Assembly (NCBI GenBank): GCA_032128375.1 | Contig: JAQBGU010000188.1 | Coordinates: forward strand, 1 to 64,000 | Direction: 5' to 3' | Length of the DNA: 64,000 nucleotides | DNA from: Deltaproteobacteria bacterium | GTDB lineage: Bacteria > Myxococcota_A > UBA9160 > SMWR01 | Shown: positions 41,353-50,961 of the stretch, in pieces | Position numbering within the stretch: position 1 is the stretch's first letter | How the letters are laid out: each line of letters starts with the position of its first letter | Made by a program: the position numbers and the translations under genes | The notes under the pieces: generated by a model | What the model was told of the DNA's origin: nothing | Databases searched by the model: none | Seen by the model: the letters and a program-made list of their open reading frames with translations, nothing else

Positions 41353-41583
41353 TCCGATTCGCACTCACTCCGCGGCCCGCTCAGGCGAAACTGACGACCG
41401 CGCATCCAAACGTGGAAACTGCTACCTCAGCACCTCGGGACGCATCGAGACGTTTCTAGCGAGACTCGAGTGTAACGGATCGCCGACGTCGGGTGGTCGC
41501 ATGCACGAACAGCATTTCCCGGGCGAACCCAGAGCGATCGGCCTATCCTCGCGACTTTTCGGCCACCCGAGTGCGAACCGAGC

Positions 41584-43392
41584 ATGCGACAGATTGGACG
41601 ACTCCTACGGACGCTGGCCCACATCGCCCCATCGCAGATCTGGCACCGCGTGCGAATCATCGCCCAGACCGCGATCTGGGAGCAGATGGGCCCGCGAATC
41701 GACGCCCGTTATCGCGCGCGCGCAGCGCTGTTGGAATCACCGCGCCTGGATCACCCGGGCCTCGCGGCCGTGGGCGCGCTGCGTTGTGGACGAATCGAAC
41801 CAGAGCTTTCGCTGGCCACCGCCCGCGATGCGATGGTCGGACGATTCACCTTCTGCGGAAAAACGCGGGAACTCGGTAGAGGAGACGAAATCGACTGGCA
41901 CCGCTCCGAACTTCATGAAGGTACGCGGCTGTGGAAGACCCTGCTCCACGAATTTTCGTATGCGGTCGACCTGGCGAACGCGGCGCGAGCGACCGGCGAT
42001 CGTGCGTTTGCCGATCGTCTGGCCGGGCTCGCGGCGGACTGGTCTCGCAGCTCACCGATCGGTCACAAGGGATTCGCGATCGACGTCTGGGACGCCCGCG
42101 CCGTAGCCACCCGCCTGATCAACTGGTCGACTGCCGCTGGCATTCTGGAGGTCGGCGTCGGTGATTCATTCTATGACCAACTCAACGCTGAACTGGGAGT
42201 CCACGCAATCTTTCTCGAAGAGAATCTGGAACTCGACCTTCGCGGAAACCACTTGCTGCGTGACTACGTCGGATTGGTGTTTTGCCACGAGCTGCTGGGG
42301 ACCTTTCCGCGTGCGCTCGATCTGCTGCACTCGGAGCTGACAGATCAAATTCTCGAAGACGGTTGCCACTTCGAACGTTCTCCGATGTATCACTCGATCG
42401 TGCTGCAGGACCTGGTGGAGTGTCGCGCCCTGCTGGGGGACAGCGCTCCGGACTGGTTGAAAGAGACAATCGCCCGAATGGCAGGATTCCTGGCATACGT
42501 GTTACCCGACGATGGCCAGTTTCCATTGCTGGGCGACACCTGGTTCGGAGAAGTCGACCCGAGCCGGCTCCTCGAAGAAGCGGGCAAGGCTACGATCGCT
42601 CCGAAGCGGGGTGTGCCCGAACGCGCCAGCGGAGTCATCGCGCTGGAACGTGGGGCAACGCGTGCGCTACTGCTCGCAGGACCCCACGGACCGAACTACC
42701 AGATGGGACACAGCCACGCCGACGGGCTGTCGTTCGAGCTGTATCGAGGCTCGCAGCGCGTCGTGACGGATACCGGAACCGGCACCTACGACCCGGGTCC
42801 CAGGCGGACTCGAGTGCGATCGACTGCAGCCCACAACACCGTGCAAATCGACGGTGAAGAGCAGTTGGAGGTCTGGGGGAGCTTCCGGGCTGGCCGCAGA
42901 GGTCGCGGACGAATACAGTCGCGAGGATCCGACGACACCTGGGACTGGGTCGTCGCTAGCCACGATGGATACCGCTGGCTGCCCGGGAAGCCGTTGCACC
43001 ATCGGCTGCTGGCTGTGTCTGAAGCGGCAGCGATCGCGGTCGATTGGGTCAGCGGTCGAGGGACACATCAGATCAGGAGTGCACTTCATTTGCATCCAGA
43101 TGAGGCCTTCGGCGCGATCGAGATCGCACCGATTAGCGGGACGCCAGGACAACTTGCGGTCGACCTTCACGAGAGATTCAACGAGAGTCGCCAAATGACC
43201 GAACTATTCGTGGAAGCCGCAGCCAGGCTCCCTTGGTTTGGAGGCTGGGCGGTCGTTTTCAACGCAGGTGACTTGGACATGAATGCACGGTTCGAGGCAG
43301 GTCATGTGCAGGTCTCGTGCAACACAGCGGCTGGCCGCACCATCTTGAGGTGGAACCTCGAAGCGGGACAGGTAGAATTCTCGCTGCATTGA
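41584..43392 (+). CDS. Heparinase II/III family protein
   Basis: RLINW, LELDLRGNHL, QILEDGCHFERSPMYH, GHSHADGLSFEL, RSTAAHNTVQIDG, SHDGY. Confidence 0.92.
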   Translation: MRQIGRLLRTLAHIAPSQIWHRVRIIAQTAIWEQMGPRIDARYRARAALLESPRLDHPGLAAVGALRCGRIEPELSLATARDAMVGRFTFCGKTRELGRGDEIDWHRSELHEGTRLWKTLLHEFSYAVDLANAARATGDRAFADRLAGLAADWSRSSPIGHKGFAIDVWDARAVATRLINWSTAAGILEVGVGDSFYDQLNAELGVHAIFLEENLELDLRGNHLLRDYVGLVFCHELLGTFPRALDLLHSELTDQILEDGCHFERSPMYHSIVLQDLVECRALLGDSAPDWLKETIARMAGFLAYVLPDDGQFPLLGDTWFGEVDPSRLLEEAGKATIAPKRGVPERASGVIALERGATRALLLAGPHGPNYQMGHSHADGLSFELYRGSQRVVTDTGTGTYDPGPRRTRVRSTAAHNTVQIDGEEQLEVWGSFRAGRRGRGRIQSRGSDDTWDWVVASHDGYRWLPGKPLHHRLLAVSEAAAIAVDWVSGRGTHQIRSALHLHPDEAFGAIEIAPISGTPGQLAVDLHERFNESRQMTELFVEAAARLPWFGGWAVVFNAGDLDMNARFEAGHVQVSCNTAAGRTILRWNLEAGQVEFSLH

Positions 43393-43491
43393 GCGAAGCC
43401 GGTTTCGCGCACGTTCGCGGCTAGCGATTTGTGCCAATGCCACTTCAAGTTGGCCGAAATTTGCCATCCAAAGACATCTCTGGGAACTTCC

Positions 43492-45231
43492 ATGTTGGTT
43501 GGGTATCACCGAAGCCATGAAGCCAGCGTCGTCGTGCTCGAAGCTGACGGTCGACCGCTGTTCGCGGCTTCCGAAGAGCGCTTCAGCCGGGTAAAGATGC
43601 AAGGCGGCTGGCCAAACCTGACCGCGGAACATGTCAGCGAGCACTTCGACCTGGAGGGCTGTGAGCTGGTCCACGGCGGCCTGCCTTTGTCACAGCGCTT
43701 CGGTCGAGAGGCGAAGCTGGCGGCCTACAACGCCGTCAATCGCAAGCTCCAGGACTTCCATCCCAAACGCTTTCGAAAACTCGCCGATGTCACGTTCGGC
43801 CGAACGCGGAACACCGAGGCAGGCGCCTTCCCGGGGCTGCCGCGCACCCATGTCGATCATCACACCTGTCACGCAGCGAGCGCCTACTACCCGTCCGGAT
43901 TCGACGAAGCGGAGGTCGTGACTGTCGACGGTGTCGGGGACACATACAGTTCGCGATTCTTCCACGGAAAGGGCGGCCGAATTGCGCCTCGCGCGGAGTT
44001 TTTCCACACCGAGTTCCCGCTTGGCCATCACTACGAGTACATCACTGCGATGCTCGGCCATCACCCCCACCGCCACGCCGGCAAGATCACCGGTTTGAGT
44101 GCCAACGGCAAGCGAGACGATCGACTGCTGAAGGAACTCGACAATTGGTTATCCGAGGTGTGGAGTTCGAATCGGGGGCGCCCCTATTTTTTCATGTTGC
44201 ACTCGCAGCACGGCTCCACCGCCAACGACACCGCGTTCGAGCAGGCGCTCAAAGAGCTGCGCGACTTGCGCAAGACGCGATTCGGGAACTGGTCGGAAAT
44301 GGACATGGCGTGGGCGATCCAGCACATCCTCGAGCGCGAAGTCACCCGGCTGATCCAGCGCGTGATACCGCGAATCGACGGTCAGCCTATCTGCCTGGCG
44401 GGTGGCGTATTTGCCAACGTGAAGCTGAACAAGCTGATCAAGGAGATGGGATTCGGCGAGATCTTCGTTCAGCCGGCGATGGGCGACGGCGGTCTGGCGT
44501 TCGGTGGGCCGCTCTTTGTGTTGGGCGATCGCGGCGAAATCAAGCCTTATAAACTCGAGAGTGTGTACCTTGGTCCCGAGTTCACAGAGGACGAGATGCT
44601 CGCCGCGATCCGCGCGGAGGGCCTCGAAGCGGTTCGACACGACCCCGTCGAACCCCGGATCGCCGAGCTGCTCGCAGCAGGCCGCGTCGTCGCGCGCTTC
44701 AACGGCCGCATGGAATTCGGCCCCCGATCGCTGGGAAATCGATCGATCCTGTACCACTGCGCGGATGCGAGTGTGAACGACTGGCTCAACAAGCGGCTCG
44801 ATCGGACGGAATTCATGCCGTTCGCACCGGCCACGATGGAAGAAGAGGCCCACAAGGGCTTCCAGGGCTTATCGGGCGCCGAGCACGCCGCAGAATTCAT
44901 GACCATCACTTTCGACTGCACCGACTCGTTCAAACGCGATTGCCCAGCCGCGGTCCATGTCGATGGAACTGCGAGGCCACAAATCGTGCGCGCGAAAACG
45001 AACCCCTCGTTTCATCGGGTACTCAGTGAGTATCGGGCACTGACGGGCGTCGGCACTGTGGTCAACACCTCATTCAACATGCACGAAGAGCCGATCGTCT
45101 GCGATCCGGCTGACGCCGTTCGGAGCTTCGTCCGCGGACACCTCGACTACCTGGCAATCGGTCCCTATATCGTCGAAAACCCCGAGCTCGGTGAAGTTCT
45201 CGGTCGCGCGCCCGCCAGGACGAACTCGTGA
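43492..45231 (+). CDS. Carbamoyltransferase (NodU/CmcH family)
   Basis: EERFSRVK, HHTCHAASAY, LAGGVFANVKLN, GRMEFGPRSLGNRS, FMPFAP, VHVDGTARPQ, NTSFNMHEEPIV. Confidence 0.95.
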   Translation: MLVGYHRSHEASVVVLEADGRPLFAASEERFSRVKMQGGWPNLTAEHVSEHFDLEGCELVHGGLPLSQRFGREAKLAAYNAVNRKLQDFHPKRFRKLADVTFGRTRNTEAGAFPGLPRTHVDHHTCHAASAYYPSGFDEAEVVTVDGVGDTYSSRFFHGKGGRIAPRAEFFHTEFPLGHHYEYITAMLGHHPHRHAGKITGLSANGKRDDRLLKELDNWLSEVWSSNRGRPYFFMLHSQHGSTANDTAFEQALKELRDLRKTRFGNWSEMDMAWAIQHILEREVTRLIQRVIPRIDGQPICLAGGVFANVKLNKLIKEMGFGEIFVQPAMGDGGLAFGGPLFVLGDRGEIKPYKLESVYLGPEFTEDEMLAAIRAEGLEAVRHDPVEPRIAELLAAGRVVARFNGRMEFGPRSLGNRSILYHCADASVNDWLNKRLDRTEFMPFAPATMEEEAHKGFQGLSGAEHAAEFMTITFDCTDSFKRDCPAAVHVDGTARPQIVRAKTNPSFHRVLSEYRALTGVGTVVNTSFNMHEEPIVCDPADAVRSFVRGHLDYLAIGPYIVENPELGEVLGRAPARTNS

Positions 45232-46490
45232 AGATCGCGGTATTCGGACTCGGCTATGTGGGATCCGTCACGGCCGCGGCGCTGGCGCGCGATGGACATA
45301 CAGTCGTCGGAGTAGATGTCGCGCAGGCCAAGATCGATACGATCATGGCTGGTCGATCGCCCGTACTCGAGCCCGGCGTCGATGAAATCATCGCTGCCGC
45401 AGTCACAGACGGCCGACTGCGAGCCACGGACGATCCGGCCTCCGCGCTCGCCGGTGCCGACCTCTCGCTGATCTGCGTCGGCACACCGAGCCTACGCAAC
45501 GGTTCGCTCGACCTCGGCTACGTCAAACAGGTGGCCGGCCAAATCGGATCCAAACTGAAGCTCGCGGCTGAAGGCCACCGCGTGGTCGTACGTAGCACCG
45601 TCCTGCCGGGCAGCGCGCGAAATGAGGTACTTCCGGAAATCGAGCGCTCCTCGGGTCGGCCTGCCGGCGATGGCTGGGATATCTGTGTGAATCCAGAGTT
45701 CTTGCGAGAGGGAGTTTCCCTGCTCGACTATGACAATCCGCCACGCATTCTGGTCGGAGAGCGCGAACCCGGAGGTGGGCAGCCCGTCGTCGACATGTAC
45801 GGAGCAGTCGCCGCACCCACGTTCTCGGTACCGCTGGAAGTGGCTGAAGCGGTCAAGTACACCGACAACGCATTTCACGCGCTCAAGGTAACGTTCGCCA
45901 ACGAGGTCGGCCGCGTCTGGGCCGCACGCGGCGCGGACCCGAAGCAGGTGATGGAGATATTCGCGCAGGACACCAAACTGAATATCTCTCCACTATACCT
46001 GCGCCCCGGTTTCGCATTTGGTGGAAGTTGTCTTCCCAAGGACCTGCGCGCCCTCACATTCGCGGCGCACAACGCCAGCATCCCCGTCCCGATGCTCGAC
46101 GGCATGCTGCCTTCGAATGAAGTTACCGTGCTCCGAGCCGTCGAAGCGATATTGGCAACCGGGAGGCGGCGTGTTGCTCTGCTGGGCCTCGCTTTCAAGT
46201 CCGGCACCGACGATATGCGCGAGAGTCCGCTCCTCGAGTTGGCCAAGCGGCTGATCGGTGAAGGCCTCGAACTTGCGATCCACGACACGGCCGTTTCTAT
46301 CGCGCGGCTGCACGGCTCGAATCGCGCATTCCTGGAAGACACGCTGCCGCATATCAATCGGCTATTGTGCGAAGACCTCGAAGAGGCGCTCGATGCTGCC
46401 GAAGTCGTCGTAGTCGGTCACGCAGGCTCGCTCTACGACCGCGATGCCGAGTGGAGCGAGCAGGGAAAAACGGTCATCCGTCTGACATGA
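45228..46490 (+). CDS. Nucleotide-sugar 6-dehydrogenase, most like GDP-mannose dehydrogenase AlgD
   Basis: GLGYVG, CVGTPS, NPEFLREG, DTKLNIS, PGFAFGGSCLPKD, FKSGTDDMRESP. Confidence 0.92.
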   Translation: MKIAVFGLGYVGSVTAAALARDGHTVVGVDVAQAKIDTIMAGRSPVLEPGVDEIIAAAVTDGRLRATDDPASALAGADLSLICVGTPSLRNGSLDLGYVKQVAGQIGSKLKLAAEGHRVVVRSTVLPGSARNEVLPEIERSSGRPAGDGWDICVNPEFLREGVSLLDYDNPPRILVGEREPGGGQPVVDMYGAVAAPTFSVPLEVAEAVKYTDNAFHALKVTFANEVGRVWAARGADPKQVMEIFAQDTKLNISPLYLRPGFAFGGSCLPKDLRALTFAAHNASIPVPMLDGMLPSNEVTVLRAVEAILATGRRRVALLGLAFKSGTDDMRESPLLELAKRLIGEGLELAIHDTAVSIARLHGSNRAFLEDTLPHINRLLCEDLEEALDAAEVVVVGHAGSLYDRDAEWSEQGKTVIRLT

Positions 46491-46542
46491 GCTTGGATGA
46501 AGCCCACATGTGGGTCGGTTCCCAGTTCACGATTCAGCCAAG

Positions 46543-47742
46543 ATGAAGATACTCGTCGTCTCGTCGCGCCCGCCGTGGCCGCCGGTCATGGCCGATTCCA
46601 TGACGACGGATCGCCTGATTCGATTTCTCGCCGCACGCGGACACAGCGTTGATCTCGCTTGCTTCGTCGAAGATTCAGCTTCCGAGCGCGTGTTGCGGCG
46701 TGGACTGGGCGATGTGTGTGCGGAGATCCTCACCGTTGCGCTGCCGCGATGGCGCTCCTACGCCGCAACCGCGTTGACGCTGCCGGGCCGGCTGCCCATG
46801 CAGGTGCAGTACTACGGCTCGAACATCATGAGCGAGTTGATTCGGGAGCGCGTGGCCGAGGGCCGCTACGACCTGGTGTACACCCACCTGATTCGAATGG
46901 CCGAGCACACGAGAATGCTCGACATCCCCAAGGCGCTGGGGATGCAGATCTCGCAGGCGCTGAATCTGCGGCGGATGTTCGATCACAGCAAGGACCCGTT
47001 CCGGCGGCTGTTCTACAGGATCGAGAGCACGAAGGTGCAGGCGTACGAAGCCCGGGTCTGCTCTGATTTCGAGCGGGTTTTTCTGTGTGGATCGTCGGAC
47101 GTCGAGGCTATCGAAAAGACTGTCGTCATCCCCAACGCAAGGGTATGCCCGCACGGCCAAGACATACCTCCTCTCGAACGCGTAAGGGCAGCGATTCGGG
47201 AGCCCGGCGCGATCGTCGTAAGCGGGGTGATGTCGACCTACACCAATGTCGATGCGGTGACATGGTTCGCCGAGCACGTCTTTCCGTTGATCGAACGTGA
47301 GGTCCCCGAGGCAAAGTTCTGGATCGTCGGACGCAACCCGCAACGCCAGGTACGGGCGCTCGCACGCCCCGACAAGGTCATTGTGACCGGCGAGGTTCCG
47401 GACGTGTACGATTGGCTTTGTCGCGCCCAGGTGGCGGTCGCGCCGCTTCGTATTGGAGCAGGAATGCAGAACAAGGTGGTGCAAGCGATGGCATGCGAAT
47501 TGCCGGTAGTCGCGACGCCGGTGGCCAACGAAGGAATCGGCGCGGCACCCAATGCGAACATCCTGCTTTGCGACGACGTGCAATCCATCGCAGAGGCGGT
47601 AGTCGGACTGCTCCGCAGCGAAAACGAGCGCGTGCGGATCGGGTACGCAGCGCGCGCTTTCGTCGAAGCGAACTGGACCTGGGAAGCGAATTTCGAACGC
47701 CTCGAAAAATGGCTCATCGAGGCCACCCAGATCGCGAACTGA
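46543..47742 (+). CDS. Glycosyltransferase family 4
   Basis: NVDAVTWF, IVGRNP, APLRIGAGMQNKVVQAMACELPVVAT. Confidence 0.9.
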   Translation: MKILVVSSRPPWPPVMADSMTTDRLIRFLAARGHSVDLACFVEDSASERVLRRGLGDVCAEILTVALPRWRSYAATALTLPGRLPMQVQYYGSNIMSELIRERVAEGRYDLVYTHLIRMAEHTRMLDIPKALGMQISQALNLRRMFDHSKDPFRRLFYRIESTKVQAYEARVCSDFERVFLCGSSDVEAIEKTVVIPNARVCPHGQDIPPLERVRAAIREPGAIVVSGVMSTYTNVDAVTWFAEHVFPLIEREVPEAKFWIVGRNPQRQVRALARPDKVIVTGEVPDVYDWLCRAQVAVAPLRIGAGMQNKVVQAMACELPVVATPVANEGIGAAPNANILLCDDVQSIAEAVVGLLRSENERVRIGYAARAFVEANWTWEANFERLEKWLIEATQIAN

Positions 47743-47789
47743 GCTTCGATCCGGCGAACGCGCCTAACAGGAAGCGCAGTGTCGCAACA

Positions 47790-48163
47790 GTGAGCGCCGC
47801 CAGCCTGGCGGATCAATACTGGAGCGAGTTCGATTGTGATCCGCAAGATTGGAAATACGGGGGCCCCGATCCCAGCGCGACCTTCCGGGTGGGTGCCTTC
47901 GAGCACGACAAGCTCGTAGCGCTGGCGGGCTTTTGCGAACTCCCTGAGAAAGCGGGCGACCCTGTAGTCATCATCCATCCGGGTTTCGCGGGCGCGGCTT
48001 CGCTGGGGCGGTGGCGAGCGCCGTCGTCGAGCAAGCATTGTTGAGGGACCGGGTGGTGCTCTACCAAACGCTGGCCTCCAACTCCTCGGCCGTCGCAGTC
48101 GCACCCCGACTGGGCTTCGAACACTACGGAAGTCAAATGGCGGTGCGCCTGAGCCCGGCCTGA
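47790..48163 (+). pseudogene. Frameshifted GNAT acetyltransferase remnant
   Basis: ...IIHPGF / RGRGFAGAV...LYQTLASNSSAVAVAPRLGF across a 1-nt shift near 47985. Confidence 0.7.
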
Positions 48164-48300
48164 ACTTTTCCATGGCGAACAGGCAATGCGTATGGAGTGA
48201 CGATGGGCGGCAGACTCAATCGAGGTTTTCTCTCGTCGTCCAATCATCGTTTGGAAGTCGCGCTCTACCCCGGGCACTCCCGGGTCCATATCATGTTTCG

Positions 48301-49986
48301 ATGGGCGTCGAACCTGCGGAGCCAGCTGCGGCGAATGGGAACGCCTGGCTGCCCGCGTCACACGCTGAGCGAACGTTGCTGGCCTGCCTGCTCGTCGTGG
48401 GTGCCGCGCTGCGCATCTACGGATTCGCCGATCACGGTTTGTGGATCGACGAGTACGGCACCTGGTGGGCAATCGCAGCACAGAACTGGAGCGATTGTTG
48501 GAGCCGAGTTCTCGAGATCCACGGCCAATCTCCATTTTATTACCTGATCGTACGTCTTTCGGTCGATCCACTGGGCGCGGGATCTGCGGCCTTGCGAATC
48601 CCTTCGCTGGTATTCGGTATCGGATTGCTCGCGTTGGCGTACCCATTCGGCGTCCGCATCTTCCGCGACCCGCGGATCGCGCTACTGGCGGTAGCGGCCT
48701 TCGCGGTGAACGAACGCCTGATCTACTACTCGCAGGAGGCTCGCCCCTACGCGCTCGCGCTTTTTTTGGCGGTGTGCTCGTTTCATTTCTACGCAGCGTT
48801 GCTCGACCAGGATATACGCAGAAACCGGGTCGGCTACGTGGTGACGACCGCTCTGACCTACTACGCGCACTACTTTTTCGGGATCATCGTACTCGTTCAA
48901 ATCGTGCACCTTCTCGCGACTCGTCGGGATCGCTGGCGATCGTGGTTCACAATGGCCGTCGCGTTGATTCTGTCGCTGCTGCCCGGCCTGTGGCAACTTC
49001 GCACGATATTTGCCCGGCGCGATTCGCTCGATTGGATTTCGCAACCAACCGCTTGGCTCGGCCTTCTCGAACCGGCCGCGGATTTGTTGGACCCGGTCAT
49101 CTTCGGGCTCACGGGCGCGGCCGCTCTGTTGTTTTGGATGCAGGAGCGTCCGGCGCCCGATCGTGCACTCGGCGCCCACGGAGGCATCGGGATCTTCTGG
49201 TTCGCCATACCGGTCCTTGTGTTTTCGATCGTTCCACAGCTCGTTGGGATCAACCTCTCCCACGCGCGATACCTGGTCGTTGCAGCACCAGCGATACCCC
49301 TGATCTATGCCGTCATGCTGGCAGTTCCACTTGGCCCTCGGCAAAACCAGCCTCGAGGGCTCACGAAGGGCAAGGCGGCGCTTCGATCTCTGCCACTGTT
49401 GGTCTTCCTGAGCTCGACGGTCGCGCTCCGAATCGTTCCATTCGTCTCCGAACAAGGAGGCTTCTGGTGGTTCTACCAGCATGGATGGAGAAGCGCGGTC
49501 CAGGAGATCACAACCGGTTTCGAGCCCGGAGATCTCATCCTGTACCGAACCCATTTCGTCGAACTCGACCAAGTCGTGCGTGGAGAGGCGAGCGCCTCGA
49601 CCACGGAATTCGTGGAATGGCCGCTACTCGCGCACCTGCCAGCAGGTCGCGCTTTCGCGCGCCGTGCGCTTCCTTACAGCGACGATCCGCAAAACCGGGA
49701 GAGGCTCCGATCGGTCATGAACGAGGCGGCGAGCGCGCGCCGGATCTGGCTCGTCGGACTCGAAGTCGATGACCCGACCGGAGAGCGATTCGTTTTGTCT
49801 CGCGCGATCCGGATCGCAACACAGAGCCACGGAATGCGGATGATCGGGCGCCACCGCTATGGCCTGGTCCATGTCGTGCTGCTTACTGGGGGAGAAATTG
49901 GTGGAGGAAATGGAGGAGGGAATGGGCAAGGACGAGGCAACGGGCGGGGGGATAAGCGCAGCGAGCCGCCATTCGGGAGCGGTTAG
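48301..49986 (+). CDS. GT-C fold (PMT/ArnT-like) integral membrane glycosyltransferase
   Basis: LRIY...GLWIDE, HGQSPFYY, LRIPS, YYSQEARPYAL, YAHYF; many TMs; Gly-rich tail. Confidence 0.82.
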   Translation: MGVEPAEPAAANGNAWLPASHAERTLLACLLVVGAALRIYGFADHGLWIDEYGTWWAIAAQNWSDCWSRVLEIHGQSPFYYLIVRLSVDPLGAGSAALRIPSLVFGIGLLALAYPFGVRIFRDPRIALLAVAAFAVNERLIYYSQEARPYALALFLAVCSFHFYAALLDQDIRRNRVGYVVTTALTYYAHYFFGIIVLVQIVHLLATRRDRWRSWFTMAVALILSLLPGLWQLRTIFARRDSLDWISQPTAWLGLLEPAADLLDPVIFGLTGAAALLFWMQERPAPDRALGAHGGIGIFWFAIPVLVFSIVPQLVGINLSHARYLVVAAPAIPLIYAVMLAVPLGPRQNQPRGLTKGKAALRSLPLLVFLSSTVALRIVPFVSEQGGFWWFYQHGWRSAVQEITTGFEPGDLILYRTHFVELDQVVRGEASASTTEFVEWPLLAHLPAGRAFARRALPYSDDPQNRERLRSVMNEAASARRIWLVGLEVDDPTGERFVLSRAIRIATQSHGMRMIGRHRYGLVHVVLLTGGEIGGGNGGGNGQGRGNGRGDKRSEPPFGSG

Positions 49987-50114
49987 CTGACGAGGATGCG
50001 CTCGCGACGCCGGGTGTCATTTGAGCTGGCGCCTGGCCGAATCGTGCGCTTGGCACGCGTGCCATGGAGGTTCCGACGGCCCGACACACCCTTGACGGAG
50101 GATGTCATCAAACA

Positions 50115-50490
50115 ATGAGCGAACAATCGAAGACCGATGCGTCGCAAAGCGATAGTCTCAACTCGACCGAGCTGATCCCCGACCTGTTTCAGCGCTACTT
50201 CCAATTTTTTCAAACCGGGCCATCAGGAAGGTGTGGTGCCATCGCGAACCAAAGAACTCGCGCGGCTCGAGGTCGCGGAGCTGAACGACTGCGACACCTG
50301 ACGCTTCGCCCGCTACGCGTCGGCGACGCGTCAAGGACTCGATGAGGAAACCATCGCTCAGATCTATCTTCCCGAAAAAGCCCGAAGCCTCGCGCCGCGC
50401 GATGCGCTTGCCGTCCGATTTGCGGAGAAGCCCGCGACGGATTACCGATCGGTCGATATGGCGTTCAAGGCGGAGCTGAGAGAAGTACCG
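50115..50490 (+). pseudogene. AhpD/CMD-like protein remnant with in-frame C-x-x-TGA (candidate selenocysteine)
   Basis: KELARLEVAELNDCDT-TGA(50299)-RFARYASATRQGLDEETIAQI...AVRFAEK. Frameshift in a T6 run at 50205-50210; C-terminus appears lost. Confidence 0.72.
50315..50331 (+). promoter_or_regulatory. Candidate bacterial SECIS hairpin
   Basis: ACGCGTC-GGC-GACGCGT: perfect 7-bp stem with a G-first loop starting about 20 nt after the TGA. Confidence 0.5.
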
Positions 50491-50642
50491 ACCCTTCGCC
50501 AGGGTCGCGCCGTCGAGGGGAACTGTGGCCCACGACAGGGCGAGCAATCTCCCGAAAACGCGCGCTCGCGCATGGCGGCGCCGATTCACAATTGGTATGT
50601 GTTAGGGGCGGCACTAACAGTCGACTTCAACCGCGAGGCGTC

Positions 50643-50831
50643 ATGCAGAAACCCAGAAACTGGCCGGCCATCATCGAACGGCTCAACAACAGCCCACGCG
50701 GCGAACTCAAGATACGGATGGGTTCTCCGGGCAGCGCGCAGGTAACCCGATGCCGCTTGTTGGCGGAGTGGTCGAACGTCGAGATCACCACCGTCGGTGC
50801 GATTCTTCACCTGCGCCTTCCGACCCGCTAG
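50643..50831 (+). CDS. Small hypothetical protein (62 aa)
   Basis: ATG after GAGG; protein-like MQKPRNWPAIIERLN...MGSPGSAQVTRCRLL; occupies an otherwise empty gap. Confidence 0.45.
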   Translation: MQKPRNWPAIIERLNNSPRGELKIRMGSPGSAQVTRCRLLAEWSNVEITTVGAILHLRLPTR

Positions 50832-50961
50832 GCGGGCTGCGCGGTGGAGCGCGAGCCCCACCTCTTCCGCCGCAAAACCCAGCCCAGACCTAGCCCACAT
50901 CCAGCTCGGACCTAGACTGCTCGCACGCCCTGTTCACGAGCAAATCCAGTAGGATTGGAAG

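Noticed and set aside
49899..49955. Purine-rich Gly/Asn-coding run as a mobile-element end or G-quadruplex
   Set aside because: It is explained as a low-complexity C-terminal tail of the GT-C protein, and I saw no matching inverted repeat.
50051..50064. Perfect 14-bp palindrome TGGCACGCGTGCCA as operator or sigma-54 site
   Set aside because: The -12 GC is not at the correct spacing for sigma-54. I saw a single occurrence and no nearby regulator.
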